Of a stretch of 64,000 nt of DNA, positions 12,157 to 25,964 are shown one piece after another (position 1 is the stretch's first letter; every line of letters begins with the position of its first letter). The translations under genes were made by a program, and so were the position numbers. A model generated the notes under the pieces. It worked only from the letters and a program-made list of their open reading frames with translations. It ran no database searches and was not told the DNA's origin. Origin of the DNA: Takakia lepidozioides (lineage: Eukaryota; Plantae; Bryophyta). The stretch lies in NCBI GenBank assembly GCA_030704615.1, contig CM060734.1:44950001-45014000 (forward strand), read 5' to 3'.

Positions 12157-15100
12157 GCAAATGGAATACGAAATGTCTCGGGTCTAATCAGTTCCGATAC
12201 GTACCAATGAGTAGAAGAACATGAGATGGAACACGATGGTACATGAATACGGACATGAGAACAAATCCATGTCACCTTTATTTAATATCTTTATTAATGC
12301 CATCTGGCAGCAGCAGTCAGATAGTGACAACTACCAGTTATCCATCGTGGCTAAATTTAGCATGAATGGATGATGTCACCGGCTGCCAACATTCATCCAA
12401 CCGGAAGCGGATGGGGGCCAGGTCAGCTTCTGACGAATAGCCGGACCAGAGTGGTCCTGGGTTCGACTCTGGAGATCAGGCCCGACTCAGTCTACGCTAG
12501 TACGCTCTCCTCTCCACATATATTGGACCCGAGTTTCTAAATATGTTGACTGGGCCCTAACGAGGATAATATTATCTCTCACGTGTGGGAGTAAAGTCAG
12601 TCAGTGCTACCAACATCTCCTTAGAAGGTCCTCCATGAAGGTAATTCTTCGGTGCGTTCTTGGTCGCTATTTAAAATATAATTGGATTTTTAAAGTTGGG
12701 GTACAGAAGTTAAAAAATAGGAGTACAAAGGCTTAATTAGGTCAGCCACCGTTTGGCGGTAGGATGACCGGCAGGTGGCGGGGTGAGGGCATCTCTTTAC
12801 GGGTATGTATATCTTTAAGCGTGAAGGTCTCGACGACGACGACGGTCGCAGAAAGAAAGCAAAAAAAAGGGCAAAAAAAGAAAAAAGAAAAAGAAACGAA
12901 CGTAAAAGAAATATAAGCAGTGCATGCGGGCGAGGTACTCACGCCAGCCAGCCTCGCAGAGAGCGAAGCAGGCTTGCCAGAGAGAAGAGGCTGCATACAA
13001 ATCTCACACAAATCTCTAACAATTCACACACAATCACTCGCTCCCGCAAGCATCCCAGGCAGAGAGTGCTGGTTCCGATTTGGGTTCTGCTCTGTTTCAG
13101 ATTTGGTTGACGAGGTTGTGAGATCGTTCTGTGGATCGAGCAGAATTGTTTGTGTTGAATTCGTTGTGTTTGGAAGGGAGAGTGTGTTTTTCGAGGAGCT
13201 GTGGAGAGATAGATAAGGAGAAAGAGCTCGAGTAGTTTGTGCCCTTTTGTGTCCCTTCTGTGGATCGCAATTGAATGAGAGGAGAGGGGAGGGGGGGGGG
13301 CGTACGTGTTTGCAGGCAATCTTTGAGAGAGGGAGACAATTGAGAAACAGAGCGAAGGTGGCAACATTTCGTTTTCCGGGCTTTTGAGAGTAAGGCCTGG
13401 TCTATGTTCGACTTGGGTCAATTTCGTGGGACAAGTGGGCCGGGTGACTTCGGGGATTAGGAAAGCGCGGATATAGTCATCTTGGTTTCATCTTTGTCAC
13501 GATGGGTGCTGTCTGATTGATTAGTGGGATGAATTTTCCTGTCAACGCTGGGAATTACAGCCCCGCAGAAGTCTGCACTAGTTTGGACTGTTTTGGTGAT
13601 ATCTGTGGTTCTAACTTGTTGCATGCTTAAGGAGGTTTGGATTCAACGTCCCTACCCTCTCCGCATCATCTACATGGTGTACAACATTCTTCAACGTATA
13701 ATTGCAACGATTCTTTAGGCGAAAGCTGTTTAAGTTGTTATGGAGGAGCTGCGATGTGCTTTTAGAGTACTGCTTCTTGGCGTCCATCCTTACTGTGCTT
13801 AGGCAATTATCCTTCAGAAGTCGTCCGTCGTTCTCGCTGATTGTGTGGATGCGGTGAGATGACACTTCTTTCCTGTTTGTAAACAGAATGTCGATCGTCA
13901 GATAGATGGGAAATGTCTTTCAGAAGCCATTCTGTCAGTTTCCTGAGCTGCATTCTGCCTGTGATAGGGAAGTTACAGAAGTAACCTCGTATGGCTCCCC
14001 TGTCATCGATCTCTTCAGCCAATTATTAGTAGATTTCCAGTTTTGGATAGACGGGATGGAACAGGTCATGTACCCATACGTTGGAAGAATCATGTTCTTT
14101 TCTGAGAGATTGCCAGCAAGTTGTTCGGAAATGAAGTTGACAAAGTTGATATTCAACCAGGATTTCTTCTGTTTTACATCTGTCTGGTGAAATGGAGCTC
14201 CTGATGGAGTTCATATGTTTTAAGATCTTGAATCTTCACAATCTCAAGCACTTGGGTCTGTTACTTCAATGTTCCATCTGGGAAGCATTTGCGAGACAAA
14301 AAGCACTTCCAATTCGTAGTTCTTTTGATGCTCGTTTTGAGGAGTCAAAACTGGATCTACCTTGGTCTCTTTGAGCTGAAAATGTTGTGCAATGTCACCA
14401 ACCTGAGCCCTACGATTGGTCAGCCCTTTCCTGAAGTATGAAGTAGTCAGCGTCTCTGCACCTTCTGGTTAGGGGCAGCTAGAAACAGCCAGTATCTGAT
14501 GAAGAGCTTAGCACACATAGCCAGCATTCAAACTGCCCAGAGGTTTGTGGCATTGATCTGTATTTCTTGTTGGGGCTTTCATGCTTAAGGTGGATGGATT
14601 TTAGATCCTTTATTTGATACAGGAAGCTGTTGCTTTTGATGACTTCTAAAGCTTGAGTCCTATGTTTTGTGCTGTTTGGACAGTAACCAAAGCAGTTTGT
14701 TTGTTGTAGTCATACTGTTCTCCTATGGATTACAGGTGATTTTCATCCTGTGTACCAATTGCACTTCCAGGTCCTGTGATGGGCTTGTGTTTTGCACCCT
14801 GTTGTTCACTAATTTGTGCAGATAATACCATTTGTCTTCCACTGGTTAGCAATGTTGTCATGCTACCTTATATTATGGATGAGGTAGCGGTTGTTGTTAA
14901 GCTGATCCACATTTGAGCAAAGATATGGGCAGATGTAAAGGGAAGAACCAGCTGAGTATTTTCTTTGGTCCTAAACTCTGGCAGGGTAATGCGATGTACC
15001 AAAAGAAATTGAACTACATTTTGATGAAGGTTTGTGAAGTTGGCATATGTACCTATGATAACTTAATACATGAGTAAGGAATGACACTACTCTGTGGTAA

Positions 15101-15310
15101 TGCCTTGTTTTAATAGAAGGGCGCCATCGAGGTGATTGACCAAAAAGGGGTGCAATCAAAGTATGCAGATGAGTCACGTACCGTATGATGCAATGGGGAG
15201 CACCCGGTCTTCTACCCCACATGCTGACATGATTTTCTACCTGTGGAAGATGTGCCGGCTTGCAATGTTCTGTGCATGTTTGCTCTTTGCAGTGCTGCTG
15301 TCCATGACCT

Positions 15311-16550
15311 ATGGCCTCAATCGGGCCACAGGTGAAGCTTCCCTCAGTCTGGCTAAGAACAACAGCATCCATTATTCCCCCCTCCAATCTCTTTTCAACA
15401 AAGACCAGCCCATGGCGGGAGAATTGCAGTGCGTCTTCTAACTTCTTAGATCTCTCTTCATTTTTATGATCCATCCCAACTGGCCATTAGGGCCTTAAGG
15501 CTACAGCAAGTGAAGTCTAGTGACTTCAGGTCTTTGCCAGATCCATTGAGTTGAGGGAATGGTCAATCACTAAGTCTCCCTTAAGTGTCCCTTGGTTCTT
15601 CAAACTTGGCATGAATCCGGTGGCAGTGTCAACCGAGTAAAGCAGTAAAGGTCTTTTACAAACATCATGAACTTTTTGTTGTCAATCTCCTATTGACAGC
15701 TCTAGTATGTGTCATGTGTATAGTTGATGTTATGTGATTGGTAGTTGAGCTCCAAATCAGAACCTTGATTTCATAAATGGCAGTTTCAATACTTATATCA
15801 TCCACATAACAGCTTGCTTTGATTGAATGTTTGCAATGCAGGGAATCAGATTCAGCAATGCTGCAGAAGATAACTCAATATTCCACTCTGGAGTTCAAAA
15901 CCCTGGTGATCGCCGAGACTGTGGTGCCCTACGAAGACCGAGAGAAGCTGTACAACTATGTGAAACAGCAGTTGGATGCATCCAATGTGATTAGTGAGGC
16001 ACAAAAGTGTGCAGTTCTCACCATGGTGAACTTGGCACCTATAGAGGGTAGTGTCCACCAGGAAGACATAGGAGAGATGGGAAGTCTTCGCAACTCAGTG
16101 GTGATGGCATTGATCAAGCAGCATCTCAACAACGTTCATTTCATGCTGATTGGGTATTTTCGTTTCCCTTTCCCTTCCAATTTGGGTGAAGTTTGTGAAA
16201 TGCACTGCTATAGGTGAGTGTAGCCGCATGAAGGTCATGGTCTCTATATAGGATGGAACAATAACCATTGCTCAGGGCAGTGGCAAGGAACCTGAAATTT
16301 TATGTTTCACAAACGCAGTTCATGGTACAAAGGGGTCACTTGAGGAAGGCTTAAAAGTCACTAGGGACTGCTTATACAAAACCTTCACGCTACCTTTGTG
16401 AGACTGAAGTCTGGTGAAGGAGCACTTCTCTATTCGTAATACTTGTTTCATTTTCTGAGATGGGAATCTTGTGAAGGAGCCCTTCTTTCATTTTCCCAGA
16501 TTAATACCCTCCAGTTGTACTTTTGCAGGTCTTCATGTATTGTTGATTAA
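15311..16550 (+). CDS. Uncharacterised spliced gene, ~130 aa; long 5' leader from ~13000
   Basis: ATG 15311 MASIGPQ|GT, phase-0 join to exon 15813-16153 (LALIECLQCRESD…HFMLIG), then acceptor 16528 to a TAA. Further exon-like blocks at 16551-16673 and 16991-17110. No family recognised. Confidence 0.45.
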
Positions 16551-19373
16551 CATCTGTTGTTATTTGCTGGAAATGGCAGTGTGCGCGCAGAACCACGCCT
16601 GGGTTGGAGGTGGCTTGCTTATTCAGAGCGTAATGCATGGAATGGTGTCCTGTCAAGGGCGTTGAATGATAAGGTTGGAAATTTTGGCATTCTAGCACTC
16701 TTTTCATCATGCTTAAGAAAAGATTGTTGTCAAGTTGGCTAGCTTGTTAGGTGTTTTTGGGCAAGGTTATGATCTGTTCTGTCACATTAGAAACATGAAA
16801 GCAGGAGCTGTTTTTCAGCCACTCCAACTTAGTGTTTTGTATATGTCTGGTTGGGAAAGTCCGAGTTGGCTGGGTGTCGCGAGAATCCCTTGTCTGTTTG
16901 GAACACACAGTGAATTGTGTAAGAAATAGCCTCTGGTTTCAACTGGTGTTGTCCATTGTGTTCTAATCTTTGGATTCACAAATGTGTAGGTTCGAACTGA
17001 GGCCAACAACAATTTGTGGCATCGGGAAGTCCATGAACTTCACAACAGCCCCAACCATGTACCGGTCATCACACTTGATGAGATCATCCATGAGGGTGCA
17101 GAGTTCTGAATGCATACCCAATTTAAGTGCATCATGATGGCTGGACATGCTAACAGACATTTACGTTAACATGTGGTTCAGTGGTCCTTGTGGTGATCAG
17201 GTCATGAGGAGCACATGAGGACTTGAATGGAGGGTAAGGTGCCTTCTAGACCGGAGCATGGAAGAGGTCCACAAGCTTGAAATCCTCAAAACTGGGGGTT
17301 GGCCATTATACTGAATTTTGGCATGCTTGTGTGCAATGTCCGGCTACTTGGGACTCAACATTCCACCAGATTCGATCTCTGGATTGTGAAGAAAAGCAAA
17401 GACCAGTGATTTTGTTGGGACACTGGCAGTATAGAAGACTGCAATAGGGAGGGCCTGGATCTTTTTCTAGCTACCTCTATTGTGAAAATAATAGGTGGCG
17501 GAACTTGGCTGCTGTGCATGTTGTATACATTTTTCAATTCAGTTTTATTACGGTTTAATGAATGTGTAGGAACTAAAGTGTTTGGATCAGTTACTACTGC
17601 TTGCACCTTCCATGAAGGAAATAACCCCCAACTCTCCCTCCCTCCCTCCCTCTTACCTTTTGAGAATAACAATAATATGGGATGGACTGAATGGACATAC
17701 AATCTAACTCATCTGTCATTGCAAGTTCCAGGAGCAAATCAACTGCAGGGTTGTAGGGTTGTGCAGTTGGAGCTGCTGCTTCCTTGGGCCTGTTTCCTTC
17801 TTCCTACAGTTGTGTCGTTCTCAGCTTGCAACTTCTCATTGCCAGTAACAGTCATTCTAGATGTCAATTTGTTTGCATTAGCCGCGCTGACTGAATGTTG
17901 CATCAGAGCTGAGAGCAATGTCAAAACCACTGCGCAGTTCATTGATAATCAGCCTCCTCCACCAGCCTTTGTTGTCCAAGCACTATCGGTCTTTCCTGGT
18001 CTAGGTGCTGGCTTGGCCTACTAGCACAGGTTTGGGCTTGACCTCATCTTTCAAACACTGCTGCTCCTCTTGTTCAGCAACAGTCTTATCAGGGGACTGG
18101 CACTTTGGTTCCTCCTTTGCAGCAGGTGTTGGCCCAAAGTATTCCCAGTTATCCATAGAGTGGGTGCTCAAATCAAGGTTGAACCGGACCGCCTTACCAA
18201 AGTCTCACTTTAGAGCACTCCAGCGGTGTCATTGCGCACGGGAAAGGAGAGGTTGTGGGTTTATTAGTTCATTACTCCCTACCTATCTTCTAAAATGGGG
18301 TAAAGTGGGTACCCACTATAGCAAACAAATGACCAACTTCCCTAAAATGGGCAATTTTTTCTCAAGTCTGACTTCACCTAGTCCCCAATTATATCTCACA
18401 CACATTAGCAGAAGGAGCTATTAACCCCTAATGGACCAGTCGACCTCATTCGGGTCGATTGGATATTTCGACCGTCGGTGGGCCCCTTGGATGAATATGG
18501 ATGAAGATGGCCCGAACGAAAGTTGTAGCCCTTGAAATTCTGCGCCGGACAGAATTTATGGCACCCTAATTGGACAAATCTTGCGCCATAGGATTTTTTG
18601 AAGTGATGATGAGCACCCAAAATCCAATGGTTTTTGGCCCTCCACGGGCTTTGACCTAGCCACGTGGCAGGCAAAATGGGCATCGGTGGCCCGATGCCGG
18701 CGATCGGGTGCATGCAGGGTTGGCATGTCCGCCCGTGCGGACATGGGATGTCACCCTGTGGCCAGTGATGGGTGGCGGCAGCGTGGAACGGGCTCTCTCT
18801 TTGCGCGCACAAAATCTGGGTTCCTGGAGCTTGCAAATCGTGGCCCCTCTCGCATTTCCTTGGCGCTTTTGTGTGCATGTTTTGCTTGATCTTCCGTGGA
18901 TCGTCCGAATTCGCTTCGTAGGGGGGTGTATTTCTGGGCTTCATTTTCAAGTCATGGCGACTTACATCTCCCAAGCTCGAAGCGGCGGGAGCTGTTCCAT
19001 TTCCTGTTGTGTGTTCTAGACATTACAGCTCAGGGTGTGATTGCATTGACGCAGCTGTTAGGGCTGAGTGTTTGGCGTTTACATTCTTGTGCCCTGCCGA
19101 ATTTTCATTATAATGCAAGTTGTCATTTTTTCTTGCATGTCGTTTTGTGAAATGTTTTTATGCATTTGGGCTCTGTGTTTTGTGTGGTAGGGGATGGTTG
19201 CAGGGGAGTGTGGTGTGTTAGGGTTTCATTTTGCAGCTGGTTTTGGAGAGTTTGCGAAATTCGCCGAGGTACATCCTTCTTTCCTGTGCTTGGGGAAGAT
19301 GGGCCATCTGCATTGATTCATCGTGAGGGCTTGCATTCATTTCCTGTTATCTCTGTCGGTCTCAGGGATTCGT

Positions 19374-19817
19374 ATGGCACCAAAGAGGAAGGACGCTCCT
19401 GTGCCTGAGCCACCGTCGCCCCCATCCGAGCTTGCAGCTGCCGCGGAGGTTATAAGGGAGTGGGCGCTTGAGGAGCAGCACTGCACTCCCGAGCAGTGCA
19501 AGGTAATATTGGGGTGTCTGTCTCCTGCCTTCCTCTGTAGTTTGCCTCCACCGTCGTTCGCTAATCGGCCTCGCCACCCTCGTCCTCACAATTTTCGCTT
19601 TCTGTTTAGACGCCAGGTGGCTCTAGTTCTTGGTTGGAGAGAGAGAAGAGAGGAAGGTGATAAGGAGGGGTTCAGTGACGCTGTGAATTCTGTTTTGAGA
19701 GATGATGTCTGGCCCGATGCCGACAGTCAGGCGTCTGAAGGAGTTGGCTCGTGCAAAGAGGTCGGTTCCTGTAAGTGTGACAGCACCTCCCAAAGGTGTG
19801 GTGAGGAAAAAAAATAA
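19374..19817 (+). CDS. Accessory ORF inside the piggyBac, 147 aa, unknown function
   Basis: MAPKRKD (NLS-like) start just after a polypyrimidine-CAG acceptor at 19365. Overlaps the transposase ORF start in another frame. Confidence 0.5.
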   Translation: MAPKRKDAPVPEPPSPPSELAAAAEVIREWALEEQHCTPEQCKVILGCLSPAFLCSLPPPSFANRPRHPRPHNFRFLFRRQVALVLGWRERREEGDKEGFSDAVNSVLRDDVWPDADSQASEGVGSCKEVGSCKCDSTSQRCGEEKK

Positions 19818-21655
19818 GGGAGTGGTGAATTCGGGTGTTGTGGGATGTGTTGGCGGGCCTCTAGGTGCTAGGAGCATGCTTGTCGTCGGTCGAACTGCTT
19901 TGGGGGATATGCATCCCAACACTGGTGCACTGGTTCATTTGGGTGAGGGGTCTTCTAATCCTGTTTTGGGCCACGATGAGGCCTCCTCCGACATGGACGA
20001 GGATTTTAAGGATGACGATGGGTACATGGGCGACTCTGCTGACGAAGCAGACTGGGAAAACGAGGTGGTTGATATGGAGTGTGATGAGGAAATCTCAGCC
20101 GATTTTGTGGAGATGTTCAAGGCGAAGACATGGGAAACCAACGCAGGCTCTGACTTTGTGAGTGATAGAGCTGCATTTTTTGGCCCTCAACCTGGTCCAT
20201 GCCTGCCTGAGATGAAGGGCTCACATCCGATTTGGTTTTTTGGTTTGTTTTGGTGGCGACAGGTGCTTGGGCGAATATGTAGGGAGTCCAATCGTTATGC
20301 TGCTGAACCTTTCGGTACGGGCACTCGTGGGGAGCCTCGGTGGAAAGAGCTCACTGTTCCTGAGCTCAGGGCTTGGATTGGAGTCTGTGTCTTCATGGGC
20401 ATGAAAAAGTTGCCCCGAACACGATTTTACTGGCAACACTCGGAGACATTCTTCGCTTGTCATGTCATCCGCAAAATGATGACTCGAGATAGGTATGAGG
20501 CCATACTCCGTTGTTTGCATCTTGTTGACAACGCCACGTTGGTGGCAGATCGTAAGAGTCGGAATTATGATAAGCTCGGAAAGCTTAGGTGGGTGTGTGA
20601 GGAGATTGTGGATAGGTGTAAAAGTCTCTGGAATCTGAACAAAATAGTGACTGTCGACGAGGTGATGATCCGTTACAAGGGGAAGTACTCCCCAATTATG
20701 ATGTATATGCCTAAGAAACCATGCAAATGGGGCATCAAGGTGTGTGCCTTGGCTGACTCGGAGATTTCATATGTCTACGACTTTTCAGTGTATGCTGGTA
20801 AGAATGCAGGAGGGCCAGATGGCGAGAGGCAGAAAAGTGGGAAGGGAGAAGGTTATGATGTGGTCACCCGGCTGGCCGACGGGCTGCATGGTTTGGGCCA
20901 TGTCATTGTGACTGATAATTACTTTACAGGGGTCCAGCTTCTATATGACATGGCCAAACTTGGCACTTGGGCCACTGGCACGGTAAGAGTGAACAGAAAG
21001 GGTCTCCCTCCCTCTTTGCTGAAAATGGAAAAATCCAAGACTACCAAGCAAGGGCAGTCATGGTACATGATGCATGAGTCCAGGGAGGTGGCTGTTGTGT
21101 TGTGGTGGGACAAGAAGGGTGTATTCTTACTGTCATCTGCAGCTAGGCCAGCTTGCAGCCCTTCCTCTCTTGTGACTGTATGCCGTTTTGTGGGAAACCA
21201 GAGAGTGCATGTGCCATCCGTACCTGCACATGTGCAATACCAAACGTACATGCGAGGGGGTGGATGTGCAGGACCAGCTTAGGGGTGCGTACAGCTTGCA
21301 GCTGCGCACAAAGAAGTGGTGGCATCGTCTGTTTTTTTTTCTTATGGATACCACGCTAGTGAATGCGTATATCTTGCATTCTGCAATGGAGAGAAGGAGG
21401 GGGCGTTGGGCCATGACCCATCTACAATTCAATCTGGTTGTGGCATATGGTTTGACAGGGGGTTGCTGCACTGATAACATTGACACCACGGAGGATTCAG
21501 AATGCACGTTTGTGCATCAGTGCCTTTACACCACACGGCGGCGAGTGTGTGTCATGTGCCATGTTCGTACTCACCATTACTGCCCTGGCTGCGATGACAA
21601 CCACTTGTGCCTTGGGCGGTGTTGGAATGAGGCACACCGGCATGTCTTGAGATGA
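19702..21655 (+). CDS. piggyBac transposase with a single 1-nt frameshift
   Basis: VDEVMIRYKG, YMPKKPCKWGIK and TDNYFT are in ORF 19702-21282. One extra G in the run at 21256-21260 shifts YMRG|VDVQDQ into frame 21188-21655, which has KKWWHRLFF and a C-terminal Cys-rich domain (CVMC…CPGC…HLC…CWNEAH). Confidence 0.92.
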
Positions 21656-23875
21656 CTGAATTCTGGCTTGTTGCACTGTCTTCTTTCTTTGTGTGTGCAT
21701 ATGTTTGTGTGGGTGGGGGTTCACCAGGGTGTGGGACTGCATGCAGGTATATATGCTGGAGGCTGTGGATGGCGTATGTGTGTGGGGCGTGGGGTGTGGG
21801 TATCTCTGATCTGTGGTGGGTATGGGTTCTTATCAGGTTGGGGGGTTGTGTGTGTCCATGCTGGTTGATGGGCAGTGGGGGTCATGGGGGGCTGGTGGTG
21901 ACGGTTCAATGGCAGTGGAGAGGTGTGGGGGTCATGTTGCTGCTGGTTGATGGGCAGTTTTGGGAGTGGGGGGTCATGGGGGTCTGCTGCTTGCTCATTG
22001 TGGGCTGTTTTGGTGATGGGGGAAGGGCTGGTGATGGTTCACAGGCTGCGGGGGTGATGGGATCTGCTGCTGCTGGTTGAGGGGCTGTGGAGGTGATGGG
22101 GGTCCTTCAGTGTTGGCGTGTGTGTGGTGTGTTTGGGTGGTTTCACAGTTTTTTTGGGGCGGGCGGGGGGGAAATTGTCTGCACACTGGGCAGATTGGGG
22201 GGGTCAACTCCCCCCCAGTTCGTGGATCATGTCTTCGGGGTGGTGTGTGGTTTGGGTTTGCTGCATTCAAAGGAAAAGCAGGAGCTCACGGGGAGCTTGA
22301 ACATAGATGGGCCACATTCGTGACGGTTAGTAGTTGTTAGTTTTTCAGTTGCCTGTCGGGTGGAACACCGAAACGTCGGGCGTTCCCGGGCCCTTTTTTG
22401 GGTGTCGATTTTGGGGTCCCCCGAGTTTTCTGTGTCAATCGGTGACGTAGCCCCCTTTTTGTAGCCGGAATTGTCTACAGGCTCAGGCAATACATGGCCT
22501 GAGCTGGGATTCAAGTAGAAATACACCTACTTAGAAATCTCTGCCTGCATTTTGGTTAGAATTCAAAAATTCTTTTTGGAGGTAGTAGGAAATCATAGGA
22601 GGAACAATTCCACCGTTGGAATTCTGGTTCCAATGAAAATTTCGACCCCTATGGCTGAATTACAGGTCAATTGAAGCAAATAGTGCTTTTTGACCCCCCT
22701 GTTTTCCCATACAAAGGAACCCTATGCAGATTTTGGAATTCTGCTTAGCAAATTTGGGGCAAGTTGCTTTAGGTGCCTGAGAATTGGAATGTGGTTGGGG
22801 TCTTGCAAGGAAATTTTTTTTTTTTGGTCCAACTGCCTGGTCAAACCAATTTTTCCCTCTAAGATTGGAATACACTACAGATTTAGAGCTTACCATTTTG
22901 TTATAATCTTCCTAATGACAGGGTGAAATGGGCTGAAAGTCTTACAGCAGGTGCATGAGGTAGGTGGCGTCCTTTTCATACGGTTCATCCCGGTGGATGT
23001 TTCTTAGCTGGGAGATATACCCTCATCCGTGAGGGTATGTGCTGTTTTGGAGTGGGCCCACCAAAAACAGCCTCGTCCATTAGGGGTTAAGCACTGCACT
23101 ACTTGTTCCCTCTTCCCTTTCTCTTTATATACCTACTGGATTTTGCTCGCTCACTATGTCAAATTTGAAGAAAATTAAGAAACAAAGTGATGTGCCCCGG
23201 CCCACTTGCCCCTCTTTGCAGTAGCTGATTATGCCACTGCATAATAGTTGCGTAGACTTTTCTACGGGCTGTTTATGGTCTATAGCCAATCAGTAGCTGG
23301 CAAGTGCAATCCATGATGCTTTAGAGTGGGTACACCTGCTGTCAACCAGTGACAAAGCAGTCACCACAATTGATGATGGTCTTCCACTCCCAGGCTCCCA
23401 GACGAGATGTCTGGGAACCCTTTTTTACACCATTATCTGAAACAGCTCTTGAGGCCTCCGCTCCTATGCACATCTTTATCATCCCCCAAGACTCAACAAT
23501 AGAGCATATTGAGTGCTAGCACAGTGGATAACCTATTTACTCCATGAAAGAATAGAACAGTGATGAAGCAACAATCTCGAGGCTGTTCAGTGCAATTTTA
23601 CCACTCCTTGGTTGCATTCCAACAGTATGTGCAAGCCAGCTGGTTACTGAGGAGCTCCTATCTGCAAGTGTGCAATGTCAATCACTTCCAGCATTGTTTT
23701 CTTCTCCATGGCTACAAACAACCCATATCTCGGCCACTCTTCCAGAAAAAGTCTATTTGTCCTAGGCAAATCTACCATTACAGTTACAAATATGTTCTAT
23801 GACTAAACCCTAGTCAAAGCATGGTATGAGGGCTAAGTGGAGGTGACCTTTAATGTGACTAAACATAATCACCCA

Positions 23876-25964
23876 TTAAACATGGCCCCTTCCTCCACAT
23901 CTGGGGCACATGTGATTTCCTGCCCCACCACATCCTGCACAACAGATTTGGAGCCACAGGCACAAGCGACATGAATTTCATTACAGTAGATTTCCTTGTC
24001 TAACTCGAAGGACACATAAGGAAGATGTTGAAATGGCAACTTAAACTGGACCCTCAATGATTCCAGCTCAAACATGCTTCTTAGTCATTCCAATTGGGGC
24101 ATTGTTATGACACCAAATAGCTCCCAATTCGGTGAATATAAAAAAACACCCCAATACGGTATTCTCATTTGAGCCAGGATTCATCGAAAGTCCATTTTAG
24201 GATGCCATTTCGGATTGACTCACTGTGACTGTTGGCTATTATATACATCAGGGCCCTCCAACTGCGCACAACAGACGGAAATCCAGTGACAGGGTCCAAA
24301 TAGATGGAGAGCCTAGCAGCTTTAGACCATGTCCATGGTTTGGATCGACCAGCATATAAGACAGGCAGAGATGCAGATGGGCAAACAAAACCAAAGTTGA
24401 ACCAAAAAGGGTTGTTGGTAGGCGGAACGCACCAAGACATCTGACTTTGACAATTATGCCCTGGCTTTCCAATATGGCATCAACATAAAGGCCTGAGCCG
24501 GTGCATGTCGCACACTGCACCGCTCCCTTGGCTTCGCAATGTGGGCACATTGGTTTATTTCCAATTGACATCAACCCCTTGGGCAATCCTGCTGGCTTCT
24601 CAATTTTCTCTTCAGGCACTGCCGTGTCACAGTAGAAGAGAGACTCTAATTTGCCTTTCATTTTGTCCACATCCATGGTTGGATTCAAGCCTGGTAAGTT
24701 CCCATTTGACTGAGCACCCCAAGAAGTGTACACTGTTAGAACCCACTGCTAAGAGCATGCTAACAGCTCACTAAAACCTACAGAAGACAGACACCTGGAC
24801 TGTTGTGCTCATGTAAGTTGCAGGAGACATGCAAGACTCTCAAGTAGTGCAAACCCATTCACCCACAAACAATAAGAAGAAATGTCTTAAAATCCATCCG
24901 AAAGATGAAAAAACAGGCTGTCTGTGATCTCAGTGATACTATTCACAAACCAAGGCAAATGGTTCAGCCCCAACTTTGCTACAACACTCCTTACACCACT
25001 GTGGAGTAAAGAGGATGACTGATGATATTCAGCACACTGAAGACTACAGCTTCACCGGAGTTTTCACTAGAACACATGCAATGGAAAATAAAAAGATTAC
25101 AACCCTAGAGCTGTAAGATTGCCAGCAGGAAATTGTAGTTGGCAGATGAAATCATTTCCGACTTTCTCCAAGGGGCTGAGCTATACCAGCAGGTTCAAAA
25201 TATAAGGCACCCTCTCCAATTGACACTTGAAAGACATGATAGAAACTCCCCTGGTGCGTGTAAGAGCCTTACTTAACACATGAAGTGAAAGTTTCCAGAG
25301 AAAAAGAGACCCGAGTGGCAGCTTAAACATACTCGAACACCTATCCTTTCCCTAAGTTCTCCTTCTACTCACTTCACAAACAAGAATATTTTGTACCACT
25401 GCAATCCAGGCCTTGTAGTTGTGTATTACTACTGGGCTTCCCTGTGACGTGCAGCTGGGTTCAACATCCAGTCAAATTTACGAGAGAGACTTGTGATGCT
25501 TAGTGCGGTGTGAAATGGGCTTGGGCCCTGTAGAAAGAACGTTTCAAGTCCACCCAAAACCCATTTACCGATCTCATTCTCATGATGGCTTCTTCATAGC
25601 GGTAGAGCAGCAGAACACATAATTGAGCATAGATTTTCCGAATAATCTTTTGTGAGAAGAGAAGGAAAAAAGATATGTACATTTGAGACATAAGCTTGTG
25701 GCCGAAGAATGTGGTCAAAACACCAAACACGACACACACAACACCAAGACTTACTTCAGAATTTCGAGGGAGAGCTCCATTGCCATGAGCAAGGCAAGAA
25801 CGAAGCCGCATGACATTGCCTTTATGAGCTCGTGTGCATAGCCCACACTGCGAAATCCCTCCAGCACTTGACGCAACCCCAGATCTAACACTGTAGGACT
25901 CGAATGCTGTGGACCCACTTGCTGCAATCGGGTATAACACCCTCCCCAATCCAGCCACCGCCAT
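23876..25964 (-). CDS. DnaJ-like cysteine-rich zinc-finger protein without J domain, probably plastid-targeted (3 exons)
   Basis: Exons 25755-25964, 24433-24709 and 23876-23934. Four CxxCxGxG-type repeats: CPHCEAKG, CATCTGSG, CLGCGGAG, CPRCGGRG. Ser/Ala-rich N-terminus. Confidence 0.88.

Larger units (their letters stand above)
18425..23086 (+). mobile_element. Full-length piggyBac DNA transposon (4662 bp)
   Basis: TTAA at 18421-18424 and 23087-23090. Perfect 12-bp TIRs CCCCTAATGGAC (18425-18436) and GTCCATTAGGGG (23075-23086). Internal piggyBac transposase. Confidence 0.96.

Noticed and set aside
21652-22340. Several Gly/Val/Trp- or Pro/His/Thr-rich ORFs
   Set aside because: Artefacts of the G/T-skewed low-complexity tract.
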